From a virus, in the IMG/VR virus record IMGVR_UViG_3300036790_000500, positions 32,001 to 96,000 of that record: 64,000 nt of DNA. One strand, written 5' to 3'. Below are positions 49,632 to 59,615 of this stretch, one piece after another. The position numbers and the translations under genes are program-made. Below the pieces are notes generated by a model, which was not told the DNA's origin, did no database searches, and worked only from the letters and a program-made list of their open reading frames with translations. The first letter of the stretch is position 1; every line of letters starts with the position of its first letter.

Positions 49632-50054
49632 ATGCCGAAGCCAAAGGACGCAGAGGGATTTGATGTAGCCGGAGAGCGCTATCGCCAACACGAGGACCCC
49701 CGGGCGTCCCTCGCCCAGGCAATGGCAGACTACAGCACCTCCGTTCCCAGTCGAAACTTCACTCATCGAGTGAACGGCAACAGCGTGACGCTGTACTGCC
49801 ATGCCCACGAGCAGGCTCTGGGTGACCCCGGTAAGCGGGCCCTCTGCTTGGATGCTGCTGCCAAGGCCATGGACAACTACGTCAAGGGCCTCAAGAAGCA
49901 TTACCGCGAGTGCGGTGCGGGCACCCTTGCCATCGATGAGGTGAAGCACTCCCGGGGACACACGCTCCAAAAAACCGGTCTGAACGACCGTTGGGAGTTG
50001 GTCTATCGGCGGACGTATGAGGTTTCGGACCTCGTCGAGGTCCCTGAGGACTGA
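49632..50054 (+). CDS. Hypothetical protein upstream of terminase
   Basis: SD GAGG; codon usage like neighbours. Confidence 0.7.
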   Translation: MPKPKDAEGFDVAGERYRQHEDPRASLAQAMADYSTSVPSRNFTHRVNGNSVTLYCHAHEQALGDPGKRALCLDAAAKAMDNYVKGLKKHYRECGAGTLAIDEVKHSRGHTLQKTGLNDRWELVYRRTYEVSDLVEVPED

Positions 50055-50057
50055 TTC

Positions 50058-51737
50058 ATGCGCAAGGCCTCCGTCAAGGAGGAGATTATCAAGTGCGGAC
50101 TGGACCCGGCGTACTTCATCAACAAGTACGTTAAGATTAGGCATCCCGTTCGCGGTCTCATTCCGTTTAAACTATTTGAGTACCAGGGCAAGACCCTCGA
50201 GTTCTTCAGAAAGAAGCGCTTCAACGTCGTTCTGAAGCCTCGGCAGATGGGCTTCACCGAACTCACGGCCGCGTTCATCACGTGGCTGATGCTCTTTCAC
50301 CCGAACCAGTCGATTCTGGCCCTCGCGACCAAGTCCGACACCGCGAAGCAAATCGTTCGCCGGTGTCGAGTGGCCCTGAAGTCGCTTCCGAGGTGGCTCC
50401 TAATCGCTGACATCACGACCGACAACAAGACCGGTCTTGAGTTGGCCAATGGGTCGTTCGTGAAGGCCGTCAGCAAGTCGGCCGACGCCGGTCGTTCGGA
50501 GGCGCTGTCGCTCCTGGTCGTTGACGAGGCGGCGCACATCGAGGGCTTCGATGACATCTGGACCGGCATCAAGCCGACCATCTCCGCCGGCGGTCGAATC
50601 ATCATGCTCTCGACGCCGAAGGGCGTTGGCAACGTGTACCACCAGACCTACACCGAGGCCTTGGAGGGCAGGAACGACTTCAACCCGATTCGGGTTGACT
50701 GGTGGGAGCATCCCGAGCACGTCGAGGAACTCACCCTTGACCCGAAGACCAACAAGTACACCTCGAAGTGGTTCAAGCGGGAGACCAAGGGCTTCTCCCA
50801 GCGACAGATTGCGCAGGAGTACGAGTGCGAGTTCCTGGGTTCGGGTGACACGTTCTTCGCGCCTGAGGACATCGCCCGCATCATGCAGACCCAGGTCGAA
50901 CAGTCCATGGACGAAGGCCTGCATGTCTACGCTGAGCCCCTGCCGGGACGCAAGTACATCCTCGGGATTGACTCCGCGACCGGCCGCGCCTTCGATTGCG
51001 GCGGCGTCCAGGTCATCGACATTGAGTCCATGGACCAAGTGGCCGAGTTGAACGTCCACCAACTGCCCAATGACTTCGCCCAGGCCCTGATGGCGCTGGG
51101 CTACAGGTACAACACCGGACTCCTGGTTGTGGAGAACAACGCCGTCGGAATGGCGGTCATCGAGCACATCAAACTCGCGGGCTACCCGAACTTCTTCTAC
51201 TGCAAGAAGGGGACCAAGGCCGGCGACAAGTTGGGGGAGTCAGGCAACGCCGCCGAGGGGTCGATGCCCAAGGACTTCATTCACGGCGTAATGACCCTCG
51301 GACCGAACCGCTCCTTCATGCTTAGCAAACTTGAGGAGTTCATTCGGACCGGCATCGTTCGCGTCCGTAGTCCCCGCTTTCGAGCGGAGATGGAGACGTT
51401 CGTATGGAACGGTGACCGGGCGGAGGCCCGGAGCGGTAAACGCGACGACCTCATCATGGCCATGGCCCTGGCCGTCTGGGTCCGTGACAACATCTACGGC
51501 GGGGTCTATAACACCCCGGGCCTAGCTGCGGCCATGATGAACGCCATGAAGATTAACCGGACCCAGAACACCCAGGTCCAAGGGGCATCCAAGAACCCAG
51601 ACCACGTTCCGGTGCGGTCCATGGGCACCTTCAACATCAGCACCTCGGCCAGACCACATGTGGTTCCGCTGCCGAGCGGTCGAGGCTACATAGACCTCAT
51701 GGCTGAGATGGGCATGTACGTTCCGAGGAGGCGCTGA
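50058..51737 (+). CDS. Terminase large subunit (T4 gp17-like)
   Basis: LFEYQ, KPRQMG Walker A, VVDEAAH Walker B, STPKG, QEYECEF, LGID, VENN, DDLIMA. Confidence 0.96.
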   Translation: MRKASVKEEIIKCGLDPAYFINKYVKIRHPVRGLIPFKLFEYQGKTLEFFRKKRFNVVLKPRQMGFTELTAAFITWLMLFHPNQSILALATKSDTAKQIVRRCRVALKSLPRWLLIADITTDNKTGLELANGSFVKAVSKSADAGRSEALSLLVVDEAAHIEGFDDIWTGIKPTISAGGRIIMLSTPKGVGNVYHQTYTEALEGRNDFNPIRVDWWEHPEHVEELTLDPKTNKYTSKWFKRETKGFSQRQIAQEYECEFLGSGDTFFAPEDIARIMQTQVEQSMDEGLHVYAEPLPGRKYILGIDSATGRAFDCGGVQVIDIESMDQVAELNVHQLPNDFAQALMALGYRYNTGLLVVENNAVGMAVIEHIKLAGYPNFFYCKKGTKAGDKLGESGNAAEGSMPKDFIHGVMTLGPNRSFMLSKLEEFIRTGIVRVRSPRFRAEMETFVWNGDRAEARSGKRDDLIMAMALAVWVRDNIYGGVYNTPGLAAAMMNAMKINRTQNTQVQGASKNPDHVPVRSMGTFNISTSARPHVVPLPSGRGYIDLMAEMGMYVPRRR

Positions 51738-54700
51738 TGGCCGGTGAAGAGACAGTCTGGCGCAGGCTAACGCGGCTGTTCCGCAGCGGGCCCATCGTCC
51801 GCCATAAGATTGCGAACGGCGAACGCCTCCAGGAGCCGCAGGGCACGGCCCGGGCCTTCAAGAAGGAACTGAGTTCGCTCTACGTCCGAGCCCTGGCCTC
51901 CTACGCCAACTACGAGCGGCTCTCGAGATACTGCGTCACAGGAGACACTCTTGTTGCAGTGAACCTCGAGGAGGGGAACATCCGCATCGATGAACTCGTT
52001 CAAAGAGTTGCAAACGGCGAGGACATTCGGGTCTTTTCGTATGACAACTCACGTGATGAGTTAGTTGCGACTCCCATCGAAAGGGCGGTATGCAACGGTG
52101 AACGGGAAGTCTGTGAAGTTGAACTAGACGATGGAAGCGTCATTCGCTGCACCCCTGACCATCGTTTCATGCTGCGCGACGGAACGTATCGTGAGGCCAA
52201 GGACCTCACACCGAGCACAGCACTCATGCCGTTCCACCGCAAGGAGTGGGGCGGCAAGCGCGGCGAGTACCGGTACGTCTACTCGTACTCCCGCGGATGG
52301 GTTCCAGAGCACGTCATTGTCGCCGAGAGCGTCACCGGTGAGCGGTACGTCCGCGAGGGCGGCATCCACATCCACCACAAGAACTTCAAGCACCGTGACA
52401 ACAGAGCGGACAATCTTCAACCGCTGCCGGCCGCCGACCACCTGGCGCTTCACGCCCGTATCAACAACAAGCGCTTCGAGGACCCAACGGAACGGGAGAA
52501 GCAGGCGGAGCACGCGCGACGTCGATGGGCCACCGGAGGTGACCTCAGGACGTCACAGGAGAATGGCTCCATTGTGTCTGAGCGAGGTCGGGAGGCGCAC
52601 CGTGCCTGGATGGTGGACTTCAATAAGAAGAACAAACCGGGGACAGGCAATGCAGGACGGACCGACCAGGTCGGTCTCGATAACGCCAACGCAGACAAGT
52701 CACTGACCTATCAGACCATCTGTGACGCGTATCGTCCCAACATGGAACTATCGACGCTCTGCTCTCAGGTCGGAGCGTCTCGATACAAGGTCCTCAAGCG
52801 TCTAAAATGGGCCGGCTTCCAATCATTCGACGACTTCGAAGAGAACTACACCAACCACAAAGTCGTCGCGGTGCGCATGACTGGAGCAGTCGAAAAGGTC
52901 TACGACCTCACCGTCGCACCCCATCATAACTTCGCTATCTCATCGCAGAGTGGAAAAAGTTTAATAATAATCCACAACAGCGATTACAACGAAATGGAGT
53001 ATACACCCGAGTTGCACTCGGCCCTTGACATCTACTCCGACGAGGCCACAGTCAAGAACGACGACGGCAACGTAGTGGAGGTCACGTCCAGGAACGCAGA
53101 GATAAAGGAGGTCCTCGAGACCCTGTTCTTCGACATCCTGAACCTCAACTTCAATGCCTGGTCGTGGATGCGGCATTTCTGTAAATTTGGCGATTTCGTC
53201 CTCTTCGTGGACGCTGACGAGGAGCACGGCATCCTCAACCTGGTGCCGATTCCCATCAATGAAATCGAGCGTGAGGAGGGCTTCGACGCCAAGGACCCGC
53301 TGGCGGTCCGCTTCCGCTGGCTCACCCGCGGCAACACTATTCTGGAGAACTGGCAGGTCGTGCACTTCCGTCTCCTCGGAAACGATGCCTACCTGCCATA
53401 CGGGTCGTCCGTCCTCGAGCCGGCCCGTCGCATCTGGCGGCAGTTGATTCTCATCGAGGACGCGATGCTCGTCTACCGCGTCGTTCGCTCCCCCGAGCGG
53501 CGCGTGTTCCACATCGAGGTCGCGAACACGCCACCGGACCAGATTGATGCCTTCATCGAACAGGTGAAGACCCAACTCAAGCGCAACACAATCGTCGATA
53601 ACGAGACCGGCCGCGTCGACCTCCGGTACAATCCGCTGTCTGTGGAGGAGGACTACTTTCTGCCGAAGCGCGGCGACGTTCAGTCCCAGATAGACACCCT
53701 GGCCGGCGGACAGTTTCCAGTACGCCGAGATACCCTTATTCCATTGCTCGATGGACGGCTCATCACCATCGAGCAGTTGGCCGCCGAGTACGACGACGGT
53801 AAGGAGAACTGGGTTCACTCAGTCAAATCCGGGTCGAACGCTTTCGTTCCGGGCAAGGTCGTTTGGTGCGGACGCAATTACGCCTGTGACCGCCTACACC
53901 GAGTTTGGTTGGACGATGGCTCATACGTCGACATGGCTCCTGAGCATCCAATCGTGATGCGTGACGGCAGTAGCAAGCGCGCCGATGAGGTCAAGCCCGG
54001 CGAAAGCGTCATGCCTTTTCGTTGCCGCCGTGAATGGCTCGGAGACCATGACTACGAGATGGTCCAAGACACCGCCGATGACACGTGGAAGTTTATTCAT
54101 CGACAGGTAGCCGGCCCTCATGGCATCTCTGAGGCCCACCTCCGTAGCGGTGAGGGCGCCGTGGCCCTTCACCACGTGGACTTCAATCGCTTCAATAATC
54201 GACCGGATAACCTCCGTTGGATGGGCCGGCTTGAGCACATCAGGTTGCATGGGGAGAACGCCGCTCGAAACCTCCACACGCCTGAGATGGACGCTGAGAA
54301 TGCTCAGCGAATGATTGAGTACAACAGGTCTCCTGAAGGTCGAGCCGCCAGGGCCGCCCGGGATTTCCTCGATGTGACACCGGCCAATCATACCGTGCTC
54401 CGGGTCGAGATACTGGACGGCGTGACCGATGACGTCTTCTGCATGACCGTCGTCGGTCCTGACGGTGAGGACGACCGCCACAACTTCGCTGTCGTGACCA
54501 GGCTTCAAGACGGCTCCATCCCATCCAACTGGGGAGGACTGTTCGTAAAAAACACCGGAGACATTGATGACGTCCGGTACATCCAGTCGAAGATGTTCGC
54601 GGCCATCAAGATTCCTCGGGCGTATCTCGGGTACGAGGACCAGATTGGCTCGAAGTCGACCCTGGCGCAGGAGGACGTGAGATTCGCCAAGACGATTGAG

Positions 54701-55486
54701 CGCATCCAGTCCCTCTTCGTCTCCGAGTTGAACAAGATTGCCATCATTCACCTCTATCTGCTCGGCTATCAGGGCTCGGACCTGACGAACTTCGACATCA
54801 CGCTGGCCTCCCCGTCGACGGTGGCAGAGCAACAGAAGTTGGAGTTGTGGCGGATGAAGCTTGAGGTCGCGGGGATGGCCCAGGAGGGCGTCTTCGACCG
54901 CAACTTCGTGTATCGCAAGATATTCAGTCTAAACGACAAGCAGATTGCGGCCATCAAGGACGGCAAGCGGACCGACAAACTGGAGGACGCCCTCCTGGAG
55001 TCGATTCAGGCGCCGCCGCCCCCCGGCGGTGAGCCCCCTCCGGCCGGCGGTCCTGAGCCCGAGCCGGCCGCTCCGGGAGCGGACGAGTTGCCGAACACCC
55101 TCGGCGGTCCCGCTCCCGGCGAGGGAGGTGGCGGAGGCGGTGAGCCGCCGCCGGTCACCGCCGGTCTCTCTCTCCCCGGCTCCGTGATGGCCGAGGCCAA
55201 GTTCAACCGCGGCTCGACCGGCAACCGGGCCGAGTTGGCCGTCGACAGGGGCCGCAACCTCTTCTCGACCGGTGAGGACCCCCTGAAACTGACCTTCGGG
55301 ACCGAGAAGCAGACCGCGTCCGACCCGTACGACCGCCGAACCCGCAACCGCGGAATCACCCGACCGTTCTCCGAGACGTCCGCGGAACCGGACTTCGATG
55401 AGATGCCCGGCTCGTCCCAGGTGGACGAGGTTGAGGAGATGTTGCAGAAAGTTTCAGAGTGGCTTAACCGCCGAGACGGTCGCTGA
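51737..55486 (+). CDS. Portal protein (T4 gp20-like) precursor with two inteins
   Basis: LIEDAMLVYRVVRSPERRVFHIEV, EEDYFLPKR, TLAGGQ, KIPRAYL; about 621 aa after splicing. Confidence 0.95.
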   Translation: MAGEETVWRRLTRLFRSGPIVRHKIANGERLQEPQGTARAFKKELSSLYVRALASYANYERLSRYCVTGDTLVAVNLEEGNIRIDELVQRVANGEDIRVFSYDNSRDELVATPIERAVCNGEREVCEVELDDGSVIRCTPDHRFMLRDGTYREAKDLTPSTALMPFHRKEWGGKRGEYRYVYSYSRGWVPEHVIVAESVTGERYVREGGIHIHHKNFKHRDNRADNLQPLPAADHLALHARINNKRFEDPTEREKQAEHARRRWATGGDLRTSQENGSIVSERGREAHRAWMVDFNKKNKPGTGNAGRTDQVGLDNANADKSLTYQTICDAYRPNMELSTLCSQVGASRYKVLKRLKWAGFQSFDDFEENYTNHKVVAVRMTGAVEKVYDLTVAPHHNFAISSQSGKSLIIIHNSDYNEMEYTPELHSALDIYSDEATVKNDDGNVVEVTSRNAEIKEVLETLFFDILNLNFNAWSWMRHFCKFGDFVLFVDADEEHGILNLVPIPINEIEREEGFDAKDPLAVRFRWLTRGNTILENWQVVHFRLLGNDAYLPYGSSVLEPARRIWRQLILIEDAMLVYRVVRSPERRVFHIEVANTPPDQIDAFIEQVKTQLKRNTIVDNETGRVDLRYNPLSVEEDYFLPKRGDVQSQIDTLAGGQFPVRRDTLIPLLDGRLITIEQLAAEYDDGKENWVHSVKSGSNAFVPGKVVWCGRNYACDRLHRVWLDDGSYVDMAPEHPIVMRDGSSKRADEVKPGESVMPFRCRREWLGDHDYEMVQDTADDTWKFIHRQVAGPHGISEAHLRSGEGAVALHHVDFNRFNNRPDNLRWMGRLEHIRLHGENAARNLHTPEMDAENAQRMIEYNRSPEGRAARAARDFLDVTPANHTVLRVEILDGVTDDVFCMTVVGPDGEDDRHNFAVVTRLQDGSIPSNWGGLFVKNTGDIDDVRYIQSKMFAAIKIPRAYLGYEDQIGSKSTLAQEDVRFAKTIERIQSLFVSELNKIAIIHLYLLGYQGSDLTNFDITLASPSTVAEQQKLELWRMKLEVAGMAQEGVFDRNFVYRKIFSLNDKQIAAIKDGKRTDKLEDALLESIQAPPPPGGEPPPAGGPEPEPAAPGADELPNTLGGPAPGEGGGGGGEPPPVTAGLSLPGSVMAEAKFNRGSTGNRAELAVDRGRNLFSTGEDPLKLTFGTEKQTASDPYDRRTRNRGITRPFSETSAEPDFDEMPGSSQVDEVEEMLQKVSEWLNRRDGR
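51932..52978 (+). mobile_element. Intein 1 in portal (class 1, HNH homing endonuclease)
   Basis: C1 (CVTGDT), block B TPDHRF, HHKN...DN...NL HNH, block F VYDLTV..HHNF, terminal HN|S. Confidence 0.92.
53717..54553 (+). mobile_element. Intein 2 in portal (Pro-starting, class 3-like, HNH)
   Basis: Interrupts GGQF|TGDIDD; starts PVRRDT; block B APEHPI; HHVDFNRFNN..NL HNH; block F VFCMTV...HNF; terminal KN|T. Confidence 0.85.
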
Positions 55487-55488
55487 GC

Positions 55489-55495
55489 ATAGGTA
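55489..55495 (+). promoter_or_regulatory. Putative late promoter ATAGGTA
   Basis: Variant of the recurrent motif, followed by SD GGAGG. Confidence 0.35.
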
Positions 55496-55512
55496 CGAAC
55501 GGAGGAATTGAG

Positions 55513-56361
55513 ATGCGGAAGCTGTCTCACAACAAGCGCAGGAACGTCGGACTCGTCTACGAGTTCCTTTCAAGGGTCGTGACTGAGGCCGTCATGGCCA
55601 AGGACCAGTCCCGAACGGCGGCGGCTCTGGCCATCGTCTCGGAGCACCTCGCAGAGGGGTGCCCGCTCTATTCGGAACTCTCCCTGCATCGACAGGTGAT
55701 GGAGACCAAGGGCGTCTCCGAGCGTCTCGCTAGACGCATCGTGGATGAACTGAAGGCCGCCGGCGTGCGAACGTCCGCGGCCCGGCCCATCCTTGAGCGA
55801 GCAAAGACCGAACTCATCCATGAAATGAACCGGGCCCTCGGTCGAGAGGTCTTCGACCGATATCGCATCCCGGACTACACGGCACACGCGTCCGTGAGCA
55901 TCCTGATGACTCGCGGCATGTCCGGGCGCATCGATGAGGGCGTCGACCTGGCCCGGGTCGAGGACCACCTCCTCGAGTACCTGACTCGACCTGCGAGTGA
56001 GGCCGTTCGATACGACCCCGATGCCTCGCTGTATGCCTACAAGACCGCCGTCGGTCTCTTCGAGCAGGAGTTCGGGCGGGAGTTGACCTCCGCGCAGGCC
56101 GAGTTGCTTCAGGAGTACGTTCGCGTGAGCCTCGGCGGCAACCCGGCTCCATTCGAGCGGACGTTCGAGCGGCAGCGCCGGCACCTCCATGAGGCCCTTC
56201 GGACCAGGCGGACCGACGACGTCTTCCGCGACGACGCCGAGATGGCCACCCGTCTCGACGAGGCCCTTGCTGAACTCGATGGGCTGCGTCCGTCCGTCGA
56301 CGACGAGGCCGTCGAGAGCCTCCTTCTCTTTCACAATCTGCACCGTGAGGTCTTCTCCTGA
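55513..56361 (+). CDS. Head-module hypothetical protein
   Basis: HNKRRNVGLVYEFL N-terminus; strong SD; between portal and protease. Confidence 0.75.
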   Translation: MRKLSHNKRRNVGLVYEFLSRVVTEAVMAKDQSRTAAALAIVSEHLAEGCPLYSELSLHRQVMETKGVSERLARRIVDELKAAGVRTSAARPILERAKTELIHEMNRALGREVFDRYRIPDYTAHASVSILMTRGMSGRIDEGVDLARVEDHLLEYLTRPASEAVRYDPDASLYAYKTAVGLFEQEFGRELTSAQAELLQEYVRVSLGGNPAPFERTFERQRRHLHEALRTRRTDDVFRDDAEMATRLDEALAELDGLRPSVDDEAVESLLLFHNLHREVFS

Positions 56362-57815
56362 TGAGCAAGAACAACAAGAATGAGGCGCCCATGAACTGGG
56401 ACGTCTCCGACACCCCGGAGGAGCCGATGCAGTCGCGTGACCCGCGCAAGGCCCCGCCGATTCCCGTCCGCGTTACCCACGTGAAGGACGCCTCCGGTCG
56501 CCCCGTGAAGCCGCCGAAGTTCCTGCCGGGGGCGACCAACGCCCCGTACACTCGGACCCGTCAGGAGGCCCGCGCCGGCACCGCCACGCTCGCTCCCACC
56601 GGCACCGACCAGACCCCGCCGCCGGGCTCGTCCAACAGCCAAGGGGGTCGGACGTGGATGGTCACCGTTCCCGGCCTCGGTGAGTACCGCGTCGAGGACG
56701 CCGGCACGGCCGAGGAGGCCAAGCAGGGCCTTGCCACCTGGTTCCAGGAGGACCAGGAGCAGGGACAGGCCCGCTACCTCGACCCGAAGCGCTTCACCGT
56801 TCGTCCGGCGATGGCCGGCGAGGGAGTTGGGGCCGCAGCCATGGGCGGACAGGCCCAGACCGCTAGTCCCGATGAGGCCTATGAGGCTCGACTCAAGGAG
56901 GCGATTCGCGCCCACGTTCGTGAGGTCGTTCGCAAGAAGGCCGGCGGCGGCGGGTACGTCCTCTACGGTCCGAACAAGGGCAAGAAGAAGAACCCCAAGC
57001 CCGCCGGTGAGTTCCCGACGCGCCTCGCCGCCAAGCGCGCTGAACTCGCCCGTTTTCCACCCAAGGACCCTGAGCAGTTGAAGAAGATGCGCTCGCGCCT
57101 CGATAAACTCAACAAGGACCCGAAGAAGCGCGCCGCGGCTGAACTCAAGGACCTGACCGGGCGAAAGGCCGCCAAAAAGAGCGGCTCACCGGCCGGGTCC
57201 CGGAAGAAGAAGACCGAGGCCATCGTCCGAATGATGGTTCGAGACATCCAGGAACGCCTCTTCCGTGACGAGGAGGTCCCGGGTTCGCCGTGGGACGAGC
57301 GGATTGATTCGCTGCATCCCGAGGCGCTCGCCTCGGACAAGAAGTTGGCGGCCCATCACAAGAACATGGAGACCGCCTCAATCGGTGCCCTCGGTGACGC
57401 CCACAAGTCCCTGGCCAAGGCCCTGCGCGGCATGGCCAAGGTTCACCCCGGCGACGTGGCCCATGACCCGGAGCGTCGGAAGACGTTCATGCCGGTCAAC
57501 CTGGACGTCGACGGCGATGAGATTGGACCCATTCACCTCTACGTCGACGGCGGCCACGTGAAGATTGAGATGTCACCGGACGCCCGTGAGGCAATCGGAA
57601 AGCTTGAGCCTCCGCAGGCCCGGGACCTCCGTGGAGGCCTGATGTCGTTCGAGGAGGACTACCTTCCGAGAATCGATAGGGCGAAGAAGGCCTGGAACGA
57701 GCGCGACGCGTACCTCGACAAGATGCACGGCAAACTGAAGAAGCAGGTCGGCGGCATGTCGGACGTGGAGTCCCACCTGGCTCGCCAACTTCTGAACAAG
57801 AACCGGAGGCGCTGA
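56361..57815 (+). CDS. Putative internal head protein
   Basis: Highly charged, Lys-rich middle; head-module position. Confidence 0.7.
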   Translation: MSKNNKNEAPMNWDVSDTPEEPMQSRDPRKAPPIPVRVTHVKDASGRPVKPPKFLPGATNAPYTRTRQEARAGTATLAPTGTDQTPPPGSSNSQGGRTWMVTVPGLGEYRVEDAGTAEEAKQGLATWFQEDQEQGQARYLDPKRFTVRPAMAGEGVGAAAMGGQAQTASPDEAYEARLKEAIRAHVREVVRKKAGGGGYVLYGPNKGKKKNPKPAGEFPTRLAAKRAELARFPPKDPEQLKKMRSRLDKLNKDPKKRAAAELKDLTGRKAAKKSGSPAGSRKKKTEAIVRMMVRDIQERLFRDEEVPGSPWDERIDSLHPEALASDKKLAAHHKNMETASIGALGDAHKSLAKALRGMAKVHPGDVAHDPERRKTFMPVNLDVDGDEIGPIHLYVDGGHVKIEMSPDAREAIGKLEPPQARDLRGGLMSFEEDYLPRIDRAKKAWNERDAYLDKMHGKLKKQVGGMSDVESHLARQLLNKNRRR

Positions 57816-57818
57816 GCA

Positions 57819-58424
57819 ATGGTCACCAACCGCCGAATCCTTCGTGAATGGGAGGCCTTGGTTCCCGACCGCGGCTTCATCGTGGAGTCGCGTGAGCAGA
57901 ACAACGGTCGCCTGTTCCTCAGGGGGCCGATGCAGCGTGCCGAGGCCCCGAACCAGAACAAGCGCATCTATCCCCGCAGCCTCCTCAGGCGTGAGTTCGA
58001 GAACTACCAGAAGCAGGTCCGGGAGGGACGGGCCACCGGTGAACTCGACCACCCTGAGACGTCAACGGTGAGCCTAGAGAAGGTCTCCCACGTCGTCCGG
58101 GAGATGGGATGGGAGGGCGACACCTGGGTCGGCCGAATTGAGGTCCTGCCGACCCCCTGTGGGAAAATCGCCGAGACGTTAATCGAGTCCGGCATCACCC
58201 TCGGCATCTCTAGCCGAGGCGTCGGCAGCACGAGCACGAATGAGTCCGGTCTCGACATGGTGCAGGACGACTTCACCCTCGTAACCTTTGACCTCGTGCA
58301 GGAGCCGAGCACCCACGGTGCCTTCATGACCCTGGGTGAGTCCGTCGACCGGAGCGGAGGTCCGGTCCTGAGTCGCGCCGACCGCATCAATCGCGTGTTG
58401 AATGACATTAGGAGTCGCAAGTGA
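57819..58424 (+). CDS. Prohead core protease (T4 gp21-like)
   Basis: NQNKRIYP, GELDHP, VSH, PTPCG, LGISSRGVGS, FDLVQEPS. Confidence 0.95.
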   Translation: MVTNRRILREWEALVPDRGFIVESREQNNGRLFLRGPMQRAEAPNQNKRIYPRSLLRREFENYQKQVREGRATGELDHPETSTVSLEKVSHVVREMGWEGDTWVGRIEVLPTPCGKIAETLIESGITLGISSRGVGSTSTNESGLDMVQDDFTLVTFDLVQEPSTHGAFMTLGESVDRSGGPVLSRADRINRVLNDIRSRK

Positions 58425-59029
58425 GCCAGCCCGCCAAGGCCCTTCGTGAGGCAATCGATAGGATGGTTCGTGAGTCCCTCGAGCGTCTTCTGCCCGAGGT
58501 GATGAACGAGGTCCTGCTCCGCGCCATCGCCAACTCCGGTGTCATGACCGAGCGACGGGAGCCGGCTTCCCGTCAACCCCCGGTGCGTCCGCAGGCCCGT
58601 CGCTCTTCGCAGCAGCAGAAGCCGCGCCGCCCCGACCTGAGCGGCTACCTCGATGAGTCCGCCGGCGCGGACTTCTATGAGCGGGCCGTCTCGCGGATGC
58701 CGCAGCGTGACGACGACGCGACTGAGGAGACGGTGAGTGAGGAGCGGCAAGCCCCGTCACTGTCCTCCCGTCTCAACTCGCTTCCTCCTGAACTTCGGGA
58801 GATGGCCGAGGACATGGACCTCTCCGCCGACACGGACTTCGGCTCAGTCGACCCGAGTCCGGTGGCCGCTGGGAAGTCGATAGGGCTCGACTTCTCCGCG
58901 ATGAAGCGGACGATTAACATGACGGAGGGCTCGAAGGGACCGGCCCTTGACCCACGAGCGAAGGCCAAGTTCGAGGAACAACGAATCGCTCGCATGCGCG
59001 CGGAGCTTGACGGTGGAAAACAGGTCTAA
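58421..59029 (+). CDS. Head-module hypothetical protein
   Basis: LREAIDRMVRESLE N-terminus; GTGA coupling. Confidence 0.7.
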   Translation: MSQPAKALREAIDRMVRESLERLLPEVMNEVLLRAIANSGVMTERREPASRQPPVRPQARRSSQQQKPRRPDLSGYLDESAGADFYERAVSRMPQRDDDATEETVSEERQAPSLSSRLNSLPPELREMAEDMDLSADTDFGSVDPSPVAAGKSIGLDFSAMKRTINMTEGSKGPALDPRAKAKFEEQRIARMRAELDGGKQV

Positions 59030-59615
59030 GACGCTCTCCCTGCTGCGAGAGGCGTTCCTGGCCGAGGACCCATCGGGTTACAGCCAGGCCCAGGCCCACC
59101 CCGAGCCGATGGACCCGAACGACCGACTTAGGCAACAGACCCAGGCCCGGTCCGGAGACTATCCGTACGACATGCCCGTGATGTACGGCCGCGACGTGGG
59201 CACCGACATGGGTGGCGCGGCCTACCAGTTGCCCGCACCCGACGGCAAGCCCCCCGTGCCGCAGCATCGGAAGGCCAGCGACTGGCAGCCGAAGGACGCC
59301 TACGGCCTCCAAAGCGGCCAGGAGAACGAGGACCGCGGCTACGACGCCCTGGACCCCGACGTCGGCCGCTCCGACTACTACGAGCCCGGGAGCCAGGCCG
59401 ACGACGCCGCCGAGTTCGGCTACGGTAAGCACGGATTGGGCGGCGACGGCCTCGGCCTGGAGGACTACTTCCCGGCCCACGCCACGCACAAGAGCCTGAG
59501 CGACTTCCTTGACTCGGAACCCGACCACGACGGCGGGGACCGGGACGAGCGGACTACTTACGACGAATGGATTGAGGAGATGTCCGTCAGTCCCGAGGAG
59601 ATTCCCAGCACATGA
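59013..59615 (+). CDS. Acidic low-complexity head-module protein
   Basis: D/E/G/Y-rich; GTG start after GGAG. Confidence 0.65.
   Translation: MENRSKTLSLLREAFLAEDPSGYSQAQAHPEPMDPNDRLRQQTQARSGDYPYDMPVMYGRDVGTDMGGAAYQLPAPDGKPPVPQHRKASDWQPKDAYGLQSGQENEDRGYDALDPDVGRSDYYEPGSQADDAAEFGYGKHGLGGDGLGLEDYFPAHATHKSLSDFLDSEPDHDGGDRDERTTYDEWIEEMSVSPEEIPST

Noticed and set aside
55010-55160. Pro/Gly-rich repeats near the portal C-terminus
   Set aside because: Low-complexity disordered tail; not a nucleotide-level repeat element.
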